A stretch of 64,000 nucleotides of DNA from the human T2T-CHM13v2.0 reference genome, Homo sapiens. How positions within the stretch are numbered: the stretch's first letter is position 1; each line of letters begins with the position of its first letter. Where the stretch lies: NCBI RefSeq assembly GCF_009914755.1, contig NC_060941.1; one strand, 5' to 3'. The notes under the pieces were generated by a model. The model was not told where the DNA came from and did no database searches. It was given only the letters and a program-made list of their open reading frames with translations. Made by a program: the position numbers and the translations under genes. Positions 55,730 through 64,000 of the stretch are shown in pieces.

Positions 55730-55925
55730 GTGAGCCTGGCCTGCCCAGGGTGCAGGGGTTGCTTGGAGACACAAGCTGTAAAGAGGAATGCTGTGCTGCT
55801 CCAGGGCACTATTGTGCCTCTTTGAGCCCAGGAGCTCCACAACCCATCTCTGACAGAGATCTGGAGTCCCAGAGAGCAGCCTGGTATATCCCAGGCAGCC
55901 CACCCTCACGTCCTGTTCTCCACAG

Positions 55926-56106
55926 AAACCCCCAGCACCAGAGGCACAGCCGACGTCTGTAGGCACCGGTCCCCCTGCCAAACCCGTGCTCCTGCGTGCC
56001 ACTCCAAAGCCCTTGGCCCCAGCCCCTCTGGCCAAGGCTCCAAGGCTCCCCATCAAGCCTGTGGCTGCCCCTGTTCTAGCTCAGGATCAGGCTTCTCCAG
56101 AAACCA
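55926..56106 (+). CDS. MYO15A: MYO15A exon 39 (Pro-rich, KPPAPEAQP...ASPET)
   Basis: AG/GT junctions; continuous frame. Confidence 0.91.
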
Positions 56107-56210
56107 GTGAGTGCCCTATCCCAGCCTCTGGGGCTTCCCAGGACAGGCCTGGTGGTGTGGTTGTGCCCCTTGTGGCCTCACCCTGTTCCCACCGCGCCCC
56201 TTGCCCACAG

Positions 56211-56343
56211 CTTCACCCTCCCCAGAGCTGGTCCGGTACTCTACGCTCAACTCTGAGCACTTCCCACAGCCCACACAGCAGATCAAGAATATTGTCAGGC
56301 AGTACCAGCAGCCGTTCCGGGGAGGCCGGCCTGAGGCCCTCAG
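56211..56343 (+). CDS. MYO15A: MYO15A exon 40 (SPSPELVRYSTLNSEHF...EALR)
   Basis: AG/GT junctions; continuous frame. Confidence 0.92.
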
Positions 56344-56661
56344 GTCAGCACTGCCCCTGCCCCCAGCCCGCCAGCCCCCTCACTGTACCTGAGTGTCCAT
56401 CATGGCCCACCAGCTTACCGGGTTGAAGCGCCCTGCCCAGCTCCTGTTAGGGAGGGAGTTTCTTTATACTGATGAGTCCAGATGAGGCCCTGCTGTTGTC
56501 TAGGTTGTGCTGTAGGACTTCAGGCCAGTCTCTGCTTCTCCCTGGATTCTCATTTATAATGATAGGGGGTGGTGGAGGAGGAGGAAGTTTCCTACTGTCA
56601 AACTATGTGATGGGAAAGGGAGACTCAGTGTCAACCCACCACAGTACTCCAATGCCCACAG

Positions 56662-56767
56662 GAAGGATGGCGGGAAAGTGTTCATGAAGCGGCCAGACCC
56701 TCATGAGGAGGCCCTGATGATCCTGAAAGGGCAGATGACCCACCTGGCAGCTGCACCTGGCACCCAG
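56662..56767 (+). CDS. MYO15A: MYO15A exon 41 (KDGGKVFMKRPDPHEEALMILKGQM...)
   Basis: AG/GT junctions; continuous frame. Confidence 0.92.
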
Positions 56768-56927
56768 GTGAGGGGGGAAGGTGGGGCTGAGCCCAGGTGG
56801 AACAGAAGACAAAGAGGGGCCTCAGGGATCCTCAGAAACCAGCTACCCCTATAAGCTGTGGCCCTGCCACTGCCCCTCCACAGGGCCTGCCTGTTGCCCC
56901 CTGAGCAGTCTCTTTGGGGTGGGACAG

Positions 56928-57000
56928 GTGTCCAGAGAGGCCGTGGCCCTGGTGAAGCCGGTGACCAGTGCACCAAGGCCATCCATGGCACCCACTTCAG
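56928..57000 (+). CDS. MYO15A: MYO15A exon 42 (VSREAVALVKPVTSAPRPSMAPTS)
   Basis: gacag|GTG...CAG|gtgaga; purine-rich acceptor. Confidence 0.85.
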
Positions 57001-57937
57001 GTGAGAGGGCCAGGAGGGAGGGAGGGGAGGGTGTCCAAGTATATGAGGAAGTCTGTGGGCACAGGTGAGTGTGTCGGTGGAGTGTGTGTGTCTATGTCCC
57101 TGAGCCCCTGTGTACATCTTGTGAGCACATTGGTGTAATTATAATGTCAATACTTAAGTAGCACAGATCTCAGGCCAGGCCCATCCTGGCCTCATGTAAT
57201 CCTACCAGAACCCTTCAAGGTAGCACTGTTGTTCCTACATGTTGCAGATGGGGAAATGGAGGCACAGATAGGTTAACTGGCTTGCCTAAGGTCACACAGC
57301 TCAAAAGTGTCAGACCAGGGATATCAGCTCAGGCCTCCTGGCATCACAGTTGAAGCCCTAACCTCTACACCCTTTGTCTCTCAGCAGCTGCAGTGATCTT
57401 AACAGCTATAAAGCAGTTCCCATCCTGCCCCTGATAAAAAACCCTCTGATGGCTCCTACAATAAGCTCCAAACTCCTCACCGTGGCCTATGAGACGCGAC
57501 ATGATGTGCCCACCTCCCCAGCCTCATCTCCTCTCTTCCTCCCCTTGGCACATTCTGTTCCTCTCTGTTCTCGGAACACTCCAAGCCCACTCCTGCCTTG
57601 CATGTTCCCTGTGCCTAGAATGCTCTTCCCCAAGACCTTTGCATGCCTGGCTCCTTCTCACCATTCATGTCACAGCTCAAATGTCACCTCTGTCACCTCG
57701 GCAAGGTCTGCCTAGATTGCTAGGAGTGAAGGACCTCACAGACCAGCTCTCCAGGATCCATCCTAAACCACCCTGCTTTACTGCCACCCCAGCCTCGGGC
57801 AGTGAGAGCTTTGTTTCTGAATGATCTGTGCCACCCACACCTGCCATGGGCACTAAACTCCAGGGCAGGGGCATTGTTTACCTTATTTGCGGGGCCATCT
57901 CAGCCTTTAGCCCAGGCCTGTATACAATAGGTGTTTT

Positions 57938-58093
57938 GGCTGGGTGTAGTGGCTCACGCCTGTAATCCCAGCACTTTGGGAGTCCGAGGCGGGCGGATCA
58001 CAAGGTCAAGAGATCAAGACCATCCTGGCCAATATGGTGAAACCCCTTCTCTGCTAAAAACACAAAAATTAGCTGGGCGTGGTGGTGGGCACA
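57938..58093 (+). mobile_element. Alu left arm (truncated)
   Basis: Flanked on both sides by caataggtgtttt. Confidence 0.9.
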
Positions 58094-58118
58094 TCCAATA
58101 GGTGTTTTTATGTGTTGA

Positions 58119-58548
<430 letters not shown>

Positions 58549-58590
58549 CGAGGTGCCTTCTCCTGACTCCCTGATCCCCGCGCTCTCCAG

Positions 58591-58712
58591 CTCTGCCCTC
58601 GCGATCGCTGGAGCCCCCTGAGGAACTCACGCAGACGCGGCTGCACCGCCTCATCAATCCCAACTTCTACGGCTATCAGGACGCCCCCTGGAAGATCTTC
58701 CTGCGCAAAGAG
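58591..58712 (+). CDS. MYO15A: MYO15A exon 43 (...NPNFYGYQDAPWKIFLRKE)
   Basis: AG/GT junctions; FERM-like W..F.RKE motif. Confidence 0.94.
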
Positions 58713-58946
58713 GTGCCGAGCACAGCCGTAGCCAGGGGAGGGGCTGAAGCGGGGCAGGGGAGGGGCTGAAGCGAGCAGAGGAGGGTCTAGGACTTGGGGA
58801 GGGAGCCCAGGAGGACAGAAAAAGGCCGGGCTGAAACCAGGGGTGGGGTTACAGCCGGGGCGGAACTGCATTTAGGGGGCGGGGCCGGGTGTGAAGCAAG
58901 GCCAGGGGGCAGTCGGACAGTACCCACTGAAGCCCCGCCCCTGCAG

Positions 58947-59006
58947 GTGTTTTACCCCAAGGACAGCTACAGCCATCCTGTGCAGCTTGACCTCCTGTTC
59001 CGGCAG
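58947..59006 (+). CDS. MYO15A: MYO15A exon 44 (VFYPKDSYSHPVQLDLLFRQ)
   Basis: AG/GT junctions; continuous frame. Confidence 0.94.
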
Positions 59007-59495
59007 GTGAGGTCCTGTCTCCCCTTTCTGCCTCAGTGAACTCAGCAGGGCTGTGTGGACGCAAAGATGAGCTAGCTGCAAAGCCTGCCTCTGCATGTTG
59101 GGATTTGGGGTCCTTGACAGGGGTGAGGATGGGCAGCTGTTTTATTGAATCTCCCCCTCCCATGGGCAGGGTCAGTGAGCCCACAGTTCAACCCAATCAG
59201 AGCCATAGTCTGTCTGAGCTAGACATGGCCCAGAGATCAAATGTAAACCCTGTAAACCCCCCTATATAGAGTAGGAAACGGTGGCCTAGGAAGGGTGGCC
59301 TGGATTGTGGGGCTGAGGAGAAAGGAGAGGGCCCTGTAAGTGGGATCTGATTTACACAGATGACCCAGCTTACAGATGACCCCACTGCTGCAAAATGGGA
59401 CCCCTCCCACATTGCCACTCACCCTAGTATAGTCCAGCCTGGGTCCCAGCTGGGGGAGTCCCATGTGCTGCCTGCATCACAGCCTGTTCCCACAG

Positions 59496-59571
59496 ATCCT
59501 GCACGACACGCTCTCCGAGGCCTGCCTTCGCATCTCTGAGGATGAGAGGCTCAGGATGAAGGCCTTGTTTG
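59496..59571 (+). CDS. MYO15A: MYO15A exon 45 ([25 protein letters not shown])
   Basis: AG/GT junctions; continuous frame. Confidence 0.94.
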
Positions 59572-59925
59572 GTATCTCGGGGGAGAGGAGGGGTACTGAT
59601 GGGGCAACCAGTCAGAGGCACAGCCAGCCCTGTCCCAGAGGGAGACTGAGGCTGACAAGCCCAGGCCCACCATCTCCCAGACATGTGCCTCCTTGCTCTG
59701 CTTCTCTGGCCTCTCGCATGGCCGGGCTGCATGTTTGGGGTTGGCAATGCCTGACACACTGTGTGTCCTGGCCATCTCATCCATTTCTGGGTTTCAGTTT
59801 TCTAGTATAGACACTGGTCAGATACCTTCTTGCTGGGTATCAGCCACCTCCCTCCCTGACATCCCCGAGATGGGGGTTGCCAGGGGAGTGGGGAGAGGGT
59901 CCTGACCAGACCTGGCCTCCCATAG

Positions 59926-60041
59926 CCCAGAACCAGCTGGACACACAGAAGCCTCTGGTAACGGAAAGCGTGAAGCGGGCCGTGGTCAGCACTGCACGAG
60001 ACACCTGGGAGGTCTACTTCTCCCGCATCTTCCCCGCCACG
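59926..60041 (+). CDS. MYO15A: MYO15A exon 46 (...TWEVYFSRIFPAT)
   Basis: AG/GT junctions; FERM-like W..YFSRIF motif. Confidence 0.94.
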
Positions 60042-60129
60042 GTGCGAGCCCCTCACTTGCCCCCTACCTGTCCAGAGGATTCAGGGATGAGACAAGAGGA
60101 TCCTCACACGCCCTTCATCTCTGCCCCAG

Positions 60130-60248
60130 GGCAGCGTGGGCACTGGTGTGCAGCTCCTAGCTGTGTCCCACGTGGGCATCAAACTCCTGAGGATGGTCAA
60201 GGGTGGCCAGGAGGCCGGCGGGCAGCTGCGGGTCCTGCGTGCATACAG
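60130..60248 (+). CDS. MYO15A: MYO15A exon 47 (GSVGTGVQLLAVSHVGIKLL...)
   Basis: AG/GT junctions; continuous frame. Confidence 0.94.
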
Positions 60249-61010
60249 GTGACCAGCAGGGGTGAAGTGGGGCTGGCTGGAGACTGGGATACAGACTGGC
60301 ATCGGCATTTCCTTCCCCTCCACAGCCACTTACCAAGTACCCATGATGCGCCAGGCTCTGTGCCAAGCCATTGAAGCAAACCCATTTTAGAGCTGGGGAA
60401 ACTGAGGCTCAGAGAGAGAAGTTGTTTGTCTCAGGTCACACAGCCAGGAAGGGATTGAGCTAGGCACCCACTCCCCTGCCCTCCCCCCAACCTGCACAGC
60501 AGCAGCACCGTGCAGAGGGGCAGCTGTGCTGGAAATGACCAAATCCTGATGCAGCTGGGGAGGGAACCACTGCCAGCAGTGACACCTTACTGAGTACTCA
60601 GACTCCCTCCCCTGCTAGAAGTCCCTTTTGTCCTTTTTAACACGAGGATGGGAATGGAACCTTGCTAACTGGTTAGGTAAAACCTGCATGCTTTGAAAGA
60701 TGGAGAGAATTTGGTCAATGGGTGAAAGAGAGATTTGGGTAGGTGCAAATCTAGATTTAGAGCTTGGACCAAGGGACAAAGGGTGGAGAGGGGCCGGAGT
60801 GTCAGCCCAAAGGGTGGTAGGAACTGAGCTGAAGCCACAGCCTGGGTCAGAGAGGGGAAGCAGGAAGCTTAGGGTTCTGTGGGAGCTGGCACAATGGGGC
60901 CAAGGTGGGGCTGGGCTTCAAATGGGGCAGGACAGGATCAGAAGCAGCACAATAGGTGGAAGGAGGGCATCCCTCTGGCAGGGGAGTCATGCCACCGGCC
61001 CATCCTCCAG

Positions 61011-61152
61011 CTTTGCAGATATCCTGTTTGTGACCATGCCCTCCCAGAACATGCTGGAGTTCAACCTGGCCAGTGAGAAGGTCATCCTCTTCTCAGCCCG
61101 AGCGCACCAGGTCAAGACCCTGGTAGATGACTTCATCTTGGAGCTGAAGAAG
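61011..61152 (+). CDS. MYO15A: MYO15A exon 48 (FADILFV...DDFILELKK)
   Basis: AG/GT junctions; continuous frame. Confidence 0.94.
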
Positions 61153-61769
61153 GTCAGGATCTTCTCACAGATCTTCCCTCCACCCAGGCTGAGGGCCAGC
61201 AACAGGGATCTCCCTGTTCCAGGGAAATATGACTGTGTCCATAGATTTCTGTCTACCTTAAGGCCTTTGCACTGGCTGTGCCTTCCACTTGGAATACCCT
61301 TTCTCCCTTTTGCCTGCTCCTTCAGAAAACCTTTGCCAGTGCCCCCTGCCGGGTGGCACAGCACCTCCTCTGAGGTCTGCAGCAATTGTACTCCTTACCC
61401 TCCTGCCTTGGCTGCATGGCCCGCCCACTGCATCACAATCTCTTTCCATCCCCTCTGCCCACTCCTGACTGGCAGCCCCCAGGCCTAGGGCAGGTCATCT
61501 CTGTGCCCCAGGCCCGAGGAAGACTTCAGCAGGAAAGTCTGTGAGGGATTGAGTGGGGAAGGCCTATGTGTGTGCCCTAAAGTCCATCTGTGTCCCTCAG
61601 ACTCACCCTCCAGCCCTTTCTTCCACCCAGAATGCCCTTCCCTCTTCTCACCTAATGAAGGCTCCCTTCCCTGATGAGTCAGGAAGGATGTGAGGAGCAG
61701 GGGTGGCCCTAGGCCTCTGGGAGTGGGGTGATAGGGCTGTTGCCCTCACCCTGCCTCTGGCTGACCCAG

Positions 61770-61881
61770 GACTCTGACTACGTGGTCGCTGTGAGGAACT
61801 TCCTGCCTGAGGACCCTGCGCTGCTGGCTTTCCACAAGGGTGACATCATACACCTGCAGCCCCTAGAGCCACCTCGAGTGG
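61770..61881 (+). CDS. MYO15A: MYO15A exon 49, N-terminal half of SH3 (YVVAVRNFLPEDPALLAFHKGDIIHL)
   Basis: SH3 signature L.F.KGD.I. Confidence 0.95.
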
Positions 61882-61971
61882 GTCAGTGCCACTGGGGTGG
61901 GCTGGGGGCAGGAGGGGGAGGCTGGCCAAGGGGGCCTCCCTGGCAGATGCTGACCCGAGCCTGGCCCATAG

Positions 61972-62046
61972 GCTACAGTGCTGGCTGCGTGGTTCGCAGG
62001 AAGGTGGTGTACCTGGAGGAGCTGCGACGTAGAGGCCCCGACTTTG
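61972..62046 (+). CDS. MYO15A: MYO15A exon 50, SH3 loop insert (YSAGCVVRRKVVYLEELRRRGPDF)
   Basis: catag|GCT...TTG|gtgtgt, 75 nt, phase 1/1. Confidence 0.9.
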
Positions 62047-62537
62047 GTGTGTGCCCCAGAACCTGGAACCCCATACGGGGCGCATCCTAGTTTCACCCAC
62101 TCGTGGTGCAGATGCACAGTGAGGGTTTCTTGGTGCCCGAAAGTGGCCTGGGCTGGTCAGGTCTCCTAAGGTCCAGCCGTGGCCTGTCAGTATCTGTTGG
62201 TGGCCAGACAGCCCAGCCCTCTGCTTTGCCTGAGGGGTCTCCGTGGGCATTTCCATGTTTGTGGCCTGAATCTCTCTTTATGTCTCCACATGACCTGAGA
62301 GTCCACAAACCCTGCTTTGCCTTTTTGCTTCACTTCCCCTTTATGGTCCTGTGGCCCTGAGAAAATCCCTTTCTTTCCCTGAGCCTGTTTCCTCATCTGT
62401 AAAATGGGTTTGATGGCCTGGCCTGCCTCATAGAGTTCCAGAGAAGGGTTAAGAATGTTCCCAAATCTCCCTAAAGGACCCCCTTAGTCACAAGACAAGA
62501 CCCTCCTGTTTGCCTCAGACCTTTTACCCACCCCTAG

Positions 62538-62716
62538 GCTGGAGGTTCGGGACCATCCACGGGCGCGTGGGCCGCTTCCCTTCGGAGCTGGTGCAGCCCG
62601 CTGCTGCCCCCGACTTCCTGCAGCTGCCAACGGAGCCAGGCCGCGGCCGAGCAGCCGCCGTGGCCGCTGCTGTGGCCTCTGCAGCCGCTGCACAGGAGGT
62701 GGGCCGCAGGAGAGAG
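62538..62716 (+). CDS. MYO15A: MYO15A exon 51, C-terminal half of SH3 (WRFG...GRFPSELV) plus Ala-rich linker
   Basis: SH3 W..G / G.FP motif. Confidence 0.95.
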
Positions 62717-63338
62717 GTGAGACCAGTGTGGGTGGGGTGGGGCGGGGTAGACCAGGGGGAAGGGGCCGCTGCAGAAGGGGTGAGGCGAGTGGGGATAAGG
62801 TGGGCCAAGGGCCTGGCCAGGCTCTTGGGGCGTGGCTGATCTTGGACTAGTGTGAGGGTGAACCAGGTAGAGTGAGCCGCAGGTGAGACCCGGGAGATGG
62901 GACCAGAGATGGTTGGAGGTGTGGCCAAATGGGGTAGGGAAGGATGAAGATCAGCTGGTTGTAATCAGGACAATGGGGTCAGACCAGCCGGGGCCCGCCA
63001 GTTGGTGAAGTCTACTGGGTTTGGGGCGGTGCCAGGTGAGTGGGCGGCTTGTGGAGCTAGCGAGGGGCGGGGTCAGCTGTGACGTGGCAGTTGCGGAAGT
63101 CAACCCCGGGCAAGGGCGTGGCCAAGTGGGGCAGGGAGCCAGGTTAGCACAGCAAGTAAAAGGCGTGGGCGGGCTGAAGGGGTAAGAACAACGGGATGCG
63201 GGTGGGTCCACAGGGATGGGTGGGTGGGCGGCTTGAGAATCTGGGTCCAGTCAGCTAGGGGTTGCGTTGTCAGTTTTGACCGAAGGGCTAGGCGTGGTGT
63301 GGCCGGACTGGGCCTTCCTAGCTCCGCCTCTTCTGCAG

Positions 63339-63454
63339 GGTCCCCCAGTCAGGGCCCGCTCTGCTGACCATGGGGAGGACGCCCTGGCGCTCCCACCCTA
63401 CACAATGCTCGAGTTTGCCCAGAAGTATTTCCGAGACCCTCAGAGGAGACCCCA
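63339..63454 (+). CDS. MYO15A: MYO15A exon 52 (...YTMLEFAQKYFRDP...)
   Basis: AG/GT junctions; continuous frame. Confidence 0.94.
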
Positions 63455-63740
63455 GTGAGTGGCGGCCCCACCCCTCTTCCCACAGTGGGAGGGTGCTGGG
63501 CTTCTTGCTGCCATCCAAACTGCAGGCTGTCAGTCTCGGAGGCCCCACTTCTGGTGGGAGAGATGAGAGACCACCCAGGTGTGAGGCTCATTTCAGTGCC
63601 TGCCTCTGGGGGTCTTCGTGACCGGTAGACTGATCAGTGGTGGGTCAAGAACCCCCTCCCTGGGGGTTCTTTCCCATGTGGAAAAGGATGTAGCCAAGGC
63701 TTGGGCAGGACAGGTCAGTAGCACCCACCTCCCACTGCAG

Positions 63741-63813
63741 GGATGGCCTCAGGCTGAAATCCAAGGAGCCTCGGGAGTCCAGAACCTTGGAGGACATGCT
63801 TTGCTTCACCAAG
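63741..63813 (+). CDS. MYO15A: MYO15A exon 53 (DGLRLKSKEPRESRTLEDMLCFTK); the gene continues beyond the window
   Basis: gcag|GGAT...AAG|gtgtcc. Confidence 0.9.
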
Positions 63814-64000
63814 GTGTCCAGTCCCGGACCTCAGTTTCCCCATCTGTAAAATGGTGATGCAGGGGCCCCCTCCCAGGCCCCTGGGGCCAACAAACTTGTT
63901 CTCAGTGAGACCCTCTGATTCTCAGCACCCTGATTCCCTCCCAAGGACAGCCTCTGTCCCCAGTGTTGGGCCTGGCTCCCCTTTTGTGACGTGGACCCTC

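Noticed and set aside
59572-59580. Donor GTATCTCG at MYO15A intron 45 as a second U12 intron
   Set aside because: It lacks the CCTT of GTATCCTT, and there is no CCTTAAC-like branch site before 59925

Overview
Human genomic DNA from 17p11.2 (Smith-Magenis region), apparently a non-GRCh38 haplotype. It carries two tandem + strand genes. (1) The 3' part of DRG2, a TRAFAC/OBG-family GTPase: exons 3-13 (3092-12053), poly(A) signal at 12764, and a U12-type minor intron 7. (2) The 5' three-quarters of MYO15A (myosin XVA, DFNB3), starting only ~730 bp later: non-coding exon 1 (~13519-13637), the 3.8-kb exon 2 encoding a 1203-aa N-terminal extension, an alternative first exon in intron 2 encoding 50 aa, and coding exons 3-53 (motor, IQ, MyTH4, FERM-like, SH3). 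I read all exon boundaries from GT/AG junctions and checked that the frame is continuous. Exon numbering follows my recollection of the RefSeq model. Introns hold many Alu, MIR, L2 and L1 fossils. I found no new gene. The most interesting signals are regulatory or isoform-level: DRG2-to-MYO15A readthrough geometry, a presequence-like 50-aa alternative N-terminus, a 6-nt microexon next to (TG)28, a stop-containing alternative acceptor after the IQ motifs, two promoter-like introns in the tail region, POU4F/X-box-like clusters, and a 104-bp intragenic duplication in DRG2.
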